Origin: a virus
Taxonomy: Duplodnaviria > Heunggongvirae > Uroviricota > Caudoviricetes
Length of the DNA stretch: 64,000 nucleotides
Virus record (IMG/VR): IMGVR_UViG_2531839202_000008
Span: 4,798 to 68,797 of that record
Strand: one strand, 5' to 3'
Shown here in pieces: positions 28,401 to 37,595 of this stretch. Positions within the stretch are counted from its first letter, which is position 1; each line of letters starts with the position of its first letter. Position numbers and translations under genes: made by a program. The notes under the pieces were generated by a model. The model did no database searches. It saw only the letters and a program-made list of their open reading frames with translations, and was not told the DNA's origin.

Positions 28401-29284
28401 GCGAGCAGATTCCCGCCGAAGATGGCATGTACAGCGGCATTCCCGATGAGGTCTACCACGGCGACCGCACCAGCTTGTCGTCGTCCGGAGCCCGCGCGCT
28501 GCTGGCGCCGTCGTGCCCCGAGATCTTCCGCTACGAGCAGTTACAGCCCCCGGCACCCAAACCCCAGTACGACTTTGGTCACGTGGCCCACAAGTTCGTA
28601 CTCGGCGAGGGCAGCGAGATCGCAGAGCTGGACCCGGCCATTCACGGGCTGAACAAGGATGGCTCCCCCTCCAAGGCGCCCACATCCACGGCGATGTGGC
28701 AGGAGGCCGCCGAGGCGGCACGCCAGCGCGGCCAGATCCCGATGCACATCGCCGAGGTGGCCAAGGCGCGGGCAATGGCGGCCAAGGTCCGCGAGCACCC
28801 GCTGGCCGCCGCGCTGCTGGCCGATGGGACACCGGAACTCTCCGGGTACTGGCACGACCCTGAGACCGGCGTACGGCTGCGATTCCGGCCCGACTGGCTG
28901 CCTAACCCCGGCCGGGGCCGCCTGATCGTCGTGGACTACAAGACGGCCACCAGCGCCCACCCTGGCCACTTCGCCCGCGCCGCTGCGGACTACGGATACC
29001 ACCAGCAAGTCCCCTGGTATCTCGACGGCCTGGCCGCCTGCGACATCGCCGACGATGCCGCGTTCGTGTTCATCGTCCAGTCCAAGACGCCGCCGTTCCC
29101 GGTCTCGGTCATCGAGCTCAAGCCCGACGACATCGAGCTCGGCCGGCGCCGCAACCGCAAGGCCATCGACCTGTACGCCCAATGCGTCGCCGATGACCAC
29201 TGGCCCGGCTACGGCGACCACGTGCACTCGGTATCGCTCCCCAGTTACGCCACCTACCAGCAAGAAGGAGAACTCGATCAGTGA
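28397..29284 (+). CDS. Cas4/RecB-family PD-(D/E)XK exonuclease
   Basis: IVVDYKT and FIVQSK nuclease-core motifs; paired with downstream annealase-like gene. Confidence 0.6.
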   Translation: MSEQIPAEDGMYSGIPDEVYHGDRTSLSSSGARALLAPSCPEIFRYEQLQPPAPKPQYDFGHVAHKFVLGEGSEIAELDPAIHGLNKDGSPSKAPTSTAMWQEAAEAARQRGQIPMHIAEVAKARAMAAKVREHPLAAALLADGTPELSGYWHDPETGVRLRFRPDWLPNPGRGRLIVVDYKTATSAHPGHFARAAADYGYHQQVPWYLDGLAACDIADDAAFVFIVQSKTPPFPVSVIELKPDDIELGRRRNRKAIDLYAQCVADDHWPGYGDHVHSVSLPSYATYQQEGELDQ

Positions 29285-30402
29285 CCGTCACCCCCTACCA
29301 GCCCATCTCGCCCGCACCGCGTACGGCAGTCAGCCAGGCCACCTCAGTCGAACAGTCGCGCGCCGTCGCCGAGGTCCAATCCGCCGTCATCGTGGCCCAG
29401 CAGATCCCGCGTGACATGCAGCGGGCCGAAGCGGAGATGCGCGATACGTGCAATCGATCCGCGATGGCGAAACAGGCCTTCTACCAAGTGCCGAACCGAG
29501 GCAACGGCGCATCGGTGCACCTCATGCGCGAACTCGCGCGGGTCTGGGGCAACGTGCAGTACGGCGTCAACGAACTGCACCGCGACGACTCCCGGGGCGA
29601 GTCGGAGGTTCAGGCGTGGGCGTGGGATGTGCAGACCAACACCCGCTCTACGCGCACCTTCATCGTCCCCCATGCCCGCATGTCAAAGGGGCGCCGCCAA
29701 GAACTCACCGACCTCGGTGACATCACGAACAACAACAACAATGCGGGCGCTCGCGCGGTCCGTGAGTGCATCAACGCCATCTTGCCCAAGTGGTTCACCG
29801 AAGCGGCACAGGACATCTGCAAGGCCACGCTGGAGAACGGCGAGGGCGTGCCCTTGCCCAAGCGCATCGAGGACATGATCGCCGGATTCCGCGCCATCGG
29901 CGTCTCCCAGGCGCAATTGGAGACCAAGATCGGCAAGAAGCGCGGCGCCTGGGATGCGGGCGATGTCGCACAGATGGGCATCACCTACACCTCGATCACC
30001 CGCGACGGCTACGACAAAGCCGAGATGTTCCCGCCGGTCGCAGGAGTGACAACCGACGAGATCAAGGCCAAGGCCCCGGACAAACCGAAGACCGATGCGG
30101 CACCAGCTCCCGAGCAGGCACCAAGCCCCGAGAAGGTCGAGGAAGCACCTGAGGCCAACCCCGCTGAATACAACTCGCGCGGTGAGTTTCTGGCCACCAA
30201 AAAGACCATCGGCACCATCCGTGGCCTGCTCGGCAACGCGGGCTATTCCCTGCGCGGCGATGCGGCCACCGTCAAAACGCTCACCTATCTGGCCACTGTC
30301 GTCGGCCGCGAAATCGCCGATATCAACGACCTATCCGAAGCCGAGGCAGAGGTAGTGACCGACGTTCTGAACCAACCCACCACAACAGAAGGGAATGAAT
30401 AA
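29281..30402 (+). CDS. Putative single-strand annealing protein (RecT-like), family not confirmed
   Basis: position immediately after exonuclease with GTGA coupling; 373 aa with acidic C-tail. Confidence 0.35.
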   Translation: MTVTPYQPISPAPRTAVSQATSVEQSRAVAEVQSAVIVAQQIPRDMQRAEAEMRDTCNRSAMAKQAFYQVPNRGNGASVHLMRELARVWGNVQYGVNELHRDDSRGESEVQAWAWDVQTNTRSTRTFIVPHARMSKGRRQELTDLGDITNNNNNAGARAVRECINAILPKWFTEAAQDICKATLENGEGVPLPKRIEDMIAGFRAIGVSQAQLETKIGKKRGAWDAGDVAQMGITYTSITRDGYDKAEMFPPVAGVTTDEIKAKAPDKPKTDAAPAPEQAPSPEKVEEAPEANPAEYNSRGEFLATKKTIGTIRGLLGNAGYSLRGDAATVKTLTYLATVVGREIADINDLSEAEAEVVTDVLNQPTTTEGNE

Positions 30403-30404
30403 CC

Positions 30405-30746
30405 ATGTCCGACAACGACACCGAGAAGAAAGAGGAAGGCACCGAACTCGCGCCCGGCGACATCACCGAGTTCATCGTCGTCTTCACCCAACTCAACAAG
30501 GGCCGCACGCAGGTCGAAGCAACCAAGGCGCTGCATGAATGCGTCGAGGCCGCGATGGCCACAGGCAAGAAGACCGGCACCGTCACGATCAAGATCAAGG
30601 TCGAGCCGCTGGAGTCCGGCGCAGTCAGCCTCGTACCCGATGTCACCAGCAACCCCGCCAAGGACCCGGCCGGGACGATCTTCTTCGCCGACGGCGAGGG
30701 CGGCCTATCCCGCGACAACGCCAGCATGCACTACGGCCTCAGGTAA
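30405..30746 (+). CDS. Hypothetical protein
   Basis: 113 aa; good codon bias. Confidence 0.45.
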   Translation: MSDNDTEKKEEGTELAPGDITEFIVVFTQLNKGRTQVEATKALHECVEAAMATGKKTGTVTIKIKVEPLESGAVSLVPDVTSNPAKDPAGTIFFADGEGGLSRDNASMHYGLR

Positions 30747-30773
30747 CCCAACCCACCCGAAGGAGTAACACCC

Positions 30774-31610
30774 ATGTCCGACAACACCATTGCACTACCC
30801 AAGCACGACGCCGATCTGATCGACGAGCCCGACGCCGACACCCCGCTGTACCTCGTCACCGCCAACGGCGAGAACGGGCTCCAGACCGAGGTTGTCGACG
30901 TACGGGGCAAGGTACCCGCCGCATTCCCGCCGCGCGCACCTGAGCGCCGAACCGTCACCGACACAGCCTCATTCCTTGCCGAGGTCACGCGCCGGCCACT
31001 ACTCCAAGGCCTCTCGACCGTCTGGGGCAACCGCGACAAGGGACAGGTCAGCGTCATCTACAACGAACTCGGCACGGACGCGACGGCGGACTACACCCGC
31101 CGAAACGATCTGCTCACTCTTCAGTTCGTCGCGGACCCGGACTGGGCGACCCTATTCAAGGCCGCTGACGGCGAGTACCACGGCCAGGAGAAGTTTGGCG
31201 ATTTAATCGAGCAGGCCGGACACCTGATCACCAGCCATCCGGCCGCCGAGGTCGTTGAAATCGTCGACAGCATCCAGTCATCCAGCAATGGGTCATTCAA
31301 GTCTCAGATCAAGCGCGACACCGGAAGTCAGCACCTCACCTACAGCGAGGAAGTCACCGCATCGGCGGGCACCGCCACCCGGCCACTTGAAGTACCGCGA
31401 GAGATCACGCTCGCTGCGCGGCCGTTCGAGGACTACCCGCTGATCGAGGTGACGTGCTGGCTGCGCCTGCGCGTGAGCCAGGGGCAGCTGTTCCTGGGGT
31501 TGTTCCCCAAGCCGTATGAGCACTTGGTGCGCGATGCCTGGACGCAGAAGACCGGCGAGTTGTCCGAAGCACTCGGGGTGCCCGTCTACGCCGCCAACCT
31601 CGGCAAGTAA
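30774..31610 (+). CDS. Hypothetical protein (278 aa)
   Basis: SD GAAGGAG before ATG. Confidence 0.5.
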   Translation: MSDNTIALPKHDADLIDEPDADTPLYLVTANGENGLQTEVVDVRGKVPAAFPPRAPERRTVTDTASFLAEVTRRPLLQGLSTVWGNRDKGQVSVIYNELGTDATADYTRRNDLLTLQFVADPDWATLFKAADGEYHGQEKFGDLIEQAGHLITSHPAAEVVEIVDSIQSSSNGSFKSQIKRDTGSQHLTYSEEVTASAGTATRPLEVPREITLAARPFEDYPLIEVTCWLRLRVSQGQLFLGLFPKPYEHLVRDAWTQKTGELSEALGVPVYAANLGK

Positions 31611-31621
31611 GCGGACCAACG

Positions 31622-32485
31622 ATGCCAGTATCCATGTGGTTCTTCCTGATCTTGGTCGTCATCGCCGTGATCGCGGTGATTGTCGGGCTGTTCATGCAGC
31701 GCGGCAACGACAAACGAGTCTGTTTCGGCAGCGCGGGTGTGGCATTCCTGTTCGCGCTGGTTTTCCTGGTGTTCGCCTCGACCACTGTGGTCGGCACTCG
31801 CCAGATCGGTATCGAGACGACGTTCAGCCGTCCGACCGGCACCACGCTGACCAACGGTCTGCACCTCAAGGCGCCATGGACGGAGGTCACCGAGATGGAT
31901 GGCGCCGTGCAGATCGACCAGCACACAGGCGATCACCGAATCAAGGTACGACTGGGCAACAGCTCCACCGCGGACGCCGATGTCTCGGTGCGCTGGCAGA
32001 TCAAGCCGGACGCCACGCCCGATCTGTTCGTGCAGTACAAGACGTTCGACAACGTGCGGTCCAACCTGGTCACCCGGAATCTGCAAGTCGCGCTCAATGA
32101 GGTGTTCGCCTCATTCGATCCGTTGGCGCCGCAGAACCTCGACCGCTCGCCGCTGCCCGAACTCTCGGAGAAGGCGAAGGTGATCCTGGCCGCCAAGGTC
32201 GGCGATCAAGTCGAAATCTTGGACGTGGCAGTGCCGACCATCGACTACGACGACGGCACCGAGCAGAAGATCAACCAGCTCAACCAGGAACGCGCCGCGA
32301 CGGCTGTGGCCGAGCAGGCCAAGAAAACGGCCGTGGAGCAGGCCAAGGCCAACGGCGAGCTGGCGGGCTCGGTCTCACATGACCCCAACGTCCTGGTCTC
32401 CAAGTGCCTGGACATCGCCCGTGAGAAGGGCCTGGCGCTGCTGTGCTGGCCCACCCCCGTCATGCCCACCATCCCCACCAAGTAG
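31622..32485 (+). CDS. SPFH/band-7 (HflK/C, stomatin-like) membrane protein
   Basis: two N-terminal TM helices then band-7-like core (QIGIETTFSRPTG..LHLKAPWTEV..VRWQIKP) and Ala-rich coiled-coil tail. Confidence 0.6.
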   Translation: MPVSMWFFLILVVIAVIAVIVGLFMQRGNDKRVCFGSAGVAFLFALVFLVFASTTVVGTRQIGIETTFSRPTGTTLTNGLHLKAPWTEVTEMDGAVQIDQHTGDHRIKVRLGNSSTADADVSVRWQIKPDATPDLFVQYKTFDNVRSNLVTRNLQVALNEVFASFDPLAPQNLDRSPLPELSEKAKVILAAKVGDQVEILDVAVPTIDYDDGTEQKINQLNQERAATAVAEQAKKTAVEQAKANGELAGSVSHDPNVLVSKCLDIAREKGLALLCWPTPVMPTIPTK

Positions 32486-32495
32486 AGGAGACCTG

Positions 32496-33029
32496 ATGTC
32501 CCGCAACCTCATCGTCGTAGACCTGGAAACAACCGGCCTCGGCCCGCAGTGCGCGCCGATCGAGGTTGCGGCCATCAACGTCGACACCGGAGAAACACTC
32601 GAATTCGTGCCGTACGTCGACCTGTCCAGGGTCTCGATCGAGCCCCAGGCCTTCGCCATCAACCGCTATTTCGAACGCGGTGTGTATGACGCAATGCTCA
32701 ATCCCGACGACACCATCACAGCGTGGAGCGACCTCGCCGACATCCTGAGCGGCAACACCTTTGCCGGATCGAACCCGACATTCGACGCAGCCATGGTCGC
32801 ACGCAAGGTTGGCACGCACTGGCACTACCGCCTGGCCGACCTCGCCGCCTATGCTGCCCCGGCTCTCGGGCGCGACCCGTCCGAGCTGCCGGGACTGGCC
32901 GACGTGCTCGCCGCCCTCAAGATCGAGAACCGTTGCCCACATTCGGCACTCGGCGATGCCGAGGCAACAGCCAAGGCATTCACGAAGCTGCGCGACATCT
33001 ACGCAGAACAGCGGGAGTCCGCGCGATGA
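32496..33029 (+). CDS. DnaQ-like DEDD 3'-5' exonuclease
   Basis: Exo I motif IVVDLETTGL; Exo III-like HSALGDAEAT; SD AGGAG. Confidence 0.75.
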   Translation: MSRNLIVVDLETTGLGPQCAPIEVAAINVDTGETLEFVPYVDLSRVSIEPQAFAINRYFERGVYDAMLNPDDTITAWSDLADILSGNTFAGSNPTFDAAMVARKVGTHWHYRLADLAAYAAPALGRDPSELPGLADVLAALKIENRCPHSALGDAEATAKAFTKLRDIYAEQRESAR

Positions 33030-33442
33030 CCGCCCCGTCCATCTCCCGTCGCTACATCGACGCCACCCCCGTGCGCGAGCACCTGCAGAAGCTACAGGCG
33101 ATCGGCTGGACCATCAACGCCATCGCGGCCGCCAACGGCCACCCGGGAAAGCTCGTCACTACTCTGCGCCAGATCCTTCGCGGCCAACAAACCTGCGCCC
33201 CATCCACCCGCGACTACGTGATGTGGATGGACCCCGAACTCCCTCCCGAGACCGGAAAACCGTTCGTACTCAAATGGTCCGAATACGTGTACATCGGCGT
33301 ACCCGACCATGCGGCTGCACGCGAAATGGGCATCACCTACAACTCCATGTCGGAACAGCTACGGCGCAACGGTTTCCAGCCATCTGCACTGCTGTATGAG
33401 CTGGCCCGCGAGGAACGCGAGAAAGCCAAGGCACCTGCATGA
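33026..33442 (+). CDS. HTH DNA-binding protein
   Basis: ATGA coupling; helix-turn-helix-like segments. Confidence 0.4.
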   Translation: MTAPSISRRYIDATPVREHLQKLQAIGWTINAIAAANGHPGKLVTTLRQILRGQQTCAPSTRDYVMWMDPELPPETGKPFVLKWSEYVYIGVPDHAAAREMGITYNSMSEQLRRNGFQPSALLYELAREEREKAKAPA

Positions 33443-33963
33443 TGCTCACCGAAGATCAACGCTGGCTATTGCGGATGGTCGGCGGGTGGGAAATGCGCGA
33501 CTGCCTCATCGGTCCCGCAGGTGTCACCCGTTTGATGCAATCCTGCTACGGCGGCACCCGCCTGCCTACCGACGGATATCCGTTTCACCTCAAGGGATTT
33601 GAGTGCGGACACGGCAAGATCGTGTCGAGGGGCATCCCCGTCGTCACCGTGACCACCGCGCAGCTGAACAAGTTCGCGCGCTCCCTGCCAGTCGAGCTTG
33701 TCGCCGAGATGCGCGGGTGCGCCACCGCCGCGCAGCGCAATAACTTACTTCGCCACCAGTTCTGCCACTGCGGGAGCGAACCGTGCGGGTACGCGTACAT
33801 GGGCGACCGCATTTGCCCGCCGACCGAGCAGCAGGAAGCCGACGCCAAGGCCGAGTTCTGGCGCTGCCAGGACTGGACCGACGACTTGCTCGACCGCGCA
33901 CTCGGGTTCACAACGGAAGACCAGCCGGTCGGACAGCTGGAGCTGTTCGGAGTCGGCGCATGA
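33439..33963 (+). CDS. Cys/His-rich hypothetical protein
   Basis: ATGA coupling; CxH and CxC clusters. Confidence 0.45.
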   Translation: MMLTEDQRWLLRMVGGWEMRDCLIGPAGVTRLMQSCYGGTRLPTDGYPFHLKGFECGHGKIVSRGIPVVTVTTAQLNKFARSLPVELVAEMRGCATAAQRNNLLRHQFCHCGSEPCGYAYMGDRICPPTEQQEADAKAEFWRCQDWTDDLLDRALGFTTEDQPVGQLELFGVGA

Positions 33964-34163
33964 AGCACGCGTTTTGCGATAGGTGCGGGCGCTACTGCAT
34001 CGTGCGCAACCACCGCGATTGCATGTGCCATGACTGCGAGCTGGGCATGAATTCCATAGCGGCGATGCTCAACCCGCGCTGGGCACGACCGATGACTAGC
34101 AGCGAGATCCAGCTCGCCTATACCTGGCTGATGATCGAGCTCGGCTCGAAAGTGAGTGCGTGA
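33960..34163 (+). CDS. Small Cys-rich protein
   Basis: ATGA coupling; CDRCGRYC..CMCHDC. Confidence 0.4.
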   Translation: MKHAFCDRCGRYCIVRNHRDCMCHDCELGMNSIAAMLNPRWARPMTSSEIQLAYTWLMIELGSKVSA

Positions 34164-34291
34164 TGGCCCGCACCCCCGAGAGCACCAAGGCATACCAGTC
34201 CGGCCTATGCGTGGACTGCAAGACCGAGCCGCACAGCGCCGGTCGGCCGCGATGCGAGAAGTGCCATACGAAATTCAGAAGGGGTGAGTGA
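34164..34291 (+). CDS. 42-aa zinc-ribbon peptide, not in ORF track
   Basis: ATG directly after previous stop; CVDC..CEKC. Confidence 0.35.
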
Positions 34292-35427
34292 TGGCCGATC
34301 CCACAATCCGCGTGCTGTCCCTCGGCGCTGGTGTCCAGTCGACGGTGCTGGCGCTCATGGCCTGCGACGGCACGCTGCCTGGTCTGGACGCAGCGGTGTT
34401 CGCCGATACCGGCTGGGAGCCACCCGCGGTCTATGAGCAGGTGGACCGGCTCGCCGCCGAGCTTGCCCGCGTAGACATTCCGTTGTACCGGGTCTCATCC
34501 GGCAACCTGCGCGCGGACACTCTGGACCCGGAAGCGCGATTCGTTTCGGTGCCATGGTTCACCTTGGCGCCCAAGGCTACCGAGGTGCCTGTTTATGGCG
34601 TATGCGCACCCTGCGGCGGCTCCGGCCGTGGACCATCTGACGAGCCTGATTCATGTTCGGTGTGCGGTGGCGACGGCCGTGGGTCGATCGTGGGCACCAG
34701 GCTAGCCACTGCCACTGAACGGCACGGCATGGGGCGCCGCCAGTGCACCAGCGAGTACAAGCTCAAGCCGATCAAGGTCAAGGTGCGCGAGCTGCTGGGC
34801 TACCCGCATCCGACACCGGTGCCGCGTGATGTGTTCGCCGAGCAGTGGATCGGCTTCTCTACCGACGAGATCCACCGCGTGCGCAACCGTTTGGACGTGA
34901 ACTACTCCCGGCCGCGTTACCCGCTGCTCGATCTAGGCATGTCCCGCAAGGACTGCCAACGCTGGCTGGAGCGCGCGGGGTGGGGCCACACCGCCAAGAG
35001 TGCATGCATCGGGTGCCCGTTCCACGGCAATGCCCAGTGGCGGTACATGTACGAGCGGCGCGATATCTGCGCGACGTGTGGCCATTCCCGCGATGACCAT
35101 TGGCGCGGTTTCGACGAACCGAAGGCGTGCGCGCATCTGTACAACCGGGACCAGCCCGAAGAGATCGCCGATCTGTGCATGTGTAAGCGGTTCCACTCCC
35201 TCTGGGACGACGCGGTCGATTTCGACCGCCGCATCCGCAAGGGCGGCGCCTCGGCCAATCCACTCGACGGCGAGGCGTTCCTACACCGCTCACGAGTTCC
35301 GTTGGACCTGGCACCAATCGACCGCGTGACACGTGCCGAGTACGCCGACATGCAGCTCGACCTATTCGAGGACGGCGACCCGGACGGCTGCTCACCGTAC
35401 GGCTGCCGCAGCGGGGAGGTGGCGTGA
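34291..35427 (+). CDS. PAPS-reductase-like (PP-loop) protein with C-terminal Cys clusters
   Basis: VLSLGAGVQSTVLA PP-loop motif; CAPCGG..CSVCGG and CIGCPFHG..CATCGH clusters. Confidence 0.65.
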   Translation: MADPTIRVLSLGAGVQSTVLALMACDGTLPGLDAAVFADTGWEPPAVYEQVDRLAAELARVDIPLYRVSSGNLRADTLDPEARFVSVPWFTLAPKATEVPVYGVCAPCGGSGRGPSDEPDSCSVCGGDGRGSIVGTRLATATERHGMGRRQCTSEYKLKPIKVKVRELLGYPHPTPVPRDVFAEQWIGFSTDEIHRVRNRLDVNYSRPRYPLLDLGMSRKDCQRWLERAGWGHTAKSACIGCPFHGNAQWRYMYERRDICATCGHSRDDHWRGFDEPKACAHLYNRDQPEEIADLCMCKRFHSLWDDAVDFDRRIRKGGASANPLDGEAFLHRSRVPLDLAPIDRVTRAEYADMQLDLFEDGDPDGCSPYGCRSGEVA

Positions 35428-35825
35428 TGCCCATCCGCCCCGAGAACCGCGACCGCTACCCCAAGGACTGGCCCGAGATCTCGCGCCGCATCCGGTTCGA
35501 GCGCGCGCAAGGCCGCTGTGAGTGCGAGGGCGAGTGCCTACGGGGTACACACCTCGACCGCTGCACGAACGTCAACGGACAGCCCGCATACGGCACCGGC
35601 AGCCGCGTCGTGCTGACCGTGGCGCACCTGAACCACACACCCGAGGACTGCCGCGATGAGAACCTGCGCGCCATGTGCCAGGGCTGCCACCTGCACTACG
35701 ACCTAGAGCACCACGCGCAGACGCGCCAGCGGGCCCGCACGGCGGCTCTTGAGGCACAGATGGACCCGATGTTCGGCCCCGAGATTTTGGGGTGTGAGGG
35801 GGGTGCAGAACGTGCCGCAGTCTGA
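35427..35825 (+). CDS. HNH endonuclease
   Basis: CECEGEC ... VAHLNH ... CQGCHLHYD HNH-type motifs. Confidence 0.7.
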   Translation: MPIRPENRDRYPKDWPEISRRIRFERAQGRCECEGECLRGTHLDRCTNVNGQPAYGTGSRVVLTVAHLNHTPEDCRDENLRAMCQGCHLHYDLEHHAQTRQRARTAALEAQMDPMFGPEILGCEGGAERAAV

Positions 35826-35857
35826 ATACGTGCACGCGAATCAGAGAAAGGAACACC

Positions 35858-36787
35858 GTGGCTAACTCGGCCGGAATGCTCAAGGAATCAATCTGGCGCG
35901 ACGGCCATTTCCGAGCGCTCACACGCACCGCGCAATGCACCTATGCGCAGCTGCTCAGTCAAAAGGATCTCGACCGCGCCGGGATGCAACCGCTTCAAAT
36001 CACCAAGTGGGCCAAGGGGTGCAACGAGATGTCCGTCGAAGACCTACAGGCCGACCTCGACGAGCTGGAGCGTGAACGGTTCGTGTTCTACGACGAGGAC
36101 ACTGACGAACTGTTCGTGCGCGCCTACATGCGCACCACCGAGGTCACCCGGTATCCGCAGTACCTCAAGAGCGCCTTGAAATGCGCCGTCATAGTGGCCT
36201 CGCCCAAGCTGCGCCATGAGCTGGCGGTCGAGCTACGTCGCCTGCGCAAGCCCGAGGCGACCAAGGTCGCCGATGAGATTGACCCGTCTGACCCTGACCC
36301 CGATGACACCGTGACGGAACCGTGCGAGAACCCTGACGGCACCGTGCCCGAAGGGTGCGAGAACCCTGCCGGAACCGTGAACCCTGACGGCACCCTGCCC
36401 GAACCCTCTAGGGAAAGGGTAAGGGTAGGGGTAAGGGAACTTACGTTGGTAAGTACTCAAGTTGGGGAGCGCTGCGCGCCGCCCCCCGAGTTCTGCCCCA
36501 AGCATCCTGGCGGCACCGAGGACCCGTGCCGCGCCTGCCAGCGCTACCGGGAGCAGTACTCCCAGTGGGCCGCAGACGACGCGGCTCTCGCCGCCGCCGA
36601 GCAGCGCGCACAACACCGGGGCGAGCGAGATGCCAAGCGCCAGGCAATCGCCGCGTGCCGCCTGTGCGACCAGGACGGCTACAACGGCCTCTCCGTCTGC
36701 GATCACGTCGACCGCTCGGCCACCGCCAAAGCCGGACTCGCCAGAGCCCGCGCAGCGCTCGAAAATCCCCCCGCCGCGACCGGATAG
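35858..36787 (+). CDS. Hypothetical protein with embedded repeat/ori-like region (replication initiator candidate)
   Basis: SD AGAAAGGAA before GTG; internal iterons, G-tract run and AT-rich palindrome at 36.3-36.45 kb. Confidence 0.45.
   Translation: MANSAGMLKESIWRDGHFRALTRTAQCTYAQLLSQKDLDRAGMQPLQITKWAKGCNEMSVEDLQADLDELERERFVFYDEDTDELFVRAYMRTTEVTRYPQYLKSALKCAVIVASPKLRHELAVELRRLRKPEATKVADEIDPSDPDPDDTVTEPCENPDGTVPEGCENPAGTVNPDGTLPEPSRERVRVGVRELTLVSTQVGERCAPPPEFCPKHPGGTEDPCRACQRYREQYSQWAADDAALAAAEQRAQHRGERDAKRQAIAACRLCDQDGYNGLSVCDHVDRSATAKAGLARARAALENPPAATG
36320..36450 (+). repeat. Tandem imperfect repeats plus G-quadruplex-capable tract and ACTTAC-GTTG-GTAAGT palindrome
   Basis: units GCGAGAACCCTG(A/C)CGG and CCCTGACGGCACC(G/C)TGCCCGAA each twice; GGGAAAGGGTAAGGGTAGGGGTAAGGG. 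Confidence 0.5.
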
Positions 36788-36856
36788 TCCCGAACGGCCC
36801 GAAAACCCGCCAGCGGCGACCACAGCCCCAGGAATCGATATGCGAACGGAGACACG

Positions 36857-37252
36857 ATGACCCAGAAAACGGGCCCCGAGCGGTTTACCTGCCCCGGGCT
36901 GGAAGAGGGCGGGCGCGTGGCCATCCAGCTCACCGACGGCACGCTGATCGAGGGATACCTCTACGACAGCCAGCTGCACGACGAACCGCGCAAGCCGTCG
37001 CCGTCGGCCTACACCCTCGATTCGGTGTTCGCCTTTCACAATCCCCTCGACCTGAAACTCGGTACCCCGCTCAAGCCGAACCGTCCACCCGCGACCTGGC
37101 GGATCTGCAAGGGCGATGGCGAGTGGCGAATCGAGAAGCGGCTCACCGATGGCTACGAGGCCTGGTGCCGATTCGACTCCAGCACCGAAGCGTTCGCCGC
37201 GTTCGCTGCCGGGGGTGCTCCGATGAGGCGCTCATTGGCCGGCCGATGGTGA
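36857..37252 (+). CDS. Hypothetical protein
   Basis: SD GGAGA; 131 aa. Confidence 0.45.
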   Translation: MTQKTGPERFTCPGLEEGGRVAIQLTDGTLIEGYLYDSQLHDEPRKPSPSAYTLDSVFAFHNPLDLKLGTPLKPNRPPATWRICKGDGEWRIEKRLTDGYEAWCRFDSSTEAFAAFAAGGAPMRRSLAGRW

Positions 37253-37440
37253 AGGCCTCGCGCGGGGTCTCTTGGCGCACACGCCAGCTGTGCTCGGAGT
37301 CCGACGAGCATCACGAGCGTGTGTGGTTCTGCATGACGTGCAAGGCGCTGGAACAGCGACTCGCCCCGGTATCCGAAACGCTCGCCGAACTGCTCCAAGG
37401 CGCCGACCTGTCCGTGACGATCACCAGGTGGCCTCGATGA
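37247..37440 (+). CDS. Small Cys-containing hypothetical protein
   Basis: in-frame ATG near previous stop; 64 aa. Confidence 0.3.
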
Positions 37441-37595
37441 GCCCAATGCGGCACGGCGACGCTGAGCGGATAGCCGAGCTCTGCGCCGAGGCTGGCAAGC
37501 CGCTACAGCCCTGGCAGCACGGCCTACTCCAGCAGATCGAACAGCGTGATATCGATGTCCAATTCGCCAAGATGGTAAGGGGATTCAACTGTTGA
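37437..37595 (+). CDS. Small hypothetical protein (52 aa)
   Basis: ATGA coupling upstream, TTGA coupling downstream. Confidence 0.35.
   Translation: MSPMRHGDAERIAELCAEAGKPLQPWQHGLLQQIEQRDIDVQFAKMVRGFNC

Noticed and set aside
28541-29263. 240-aa reverse ORF antisense to the Cas4-like exonuclease; similar antisense ORFs at 34859-35510, 36233-37039, 44770-45582, 47813-48918, 49453-50727
   Set aside because: All are antisense or alternate-frame to better-supported, translationally coupled genes. Their composition is Arg/Gly/Pro-biased.
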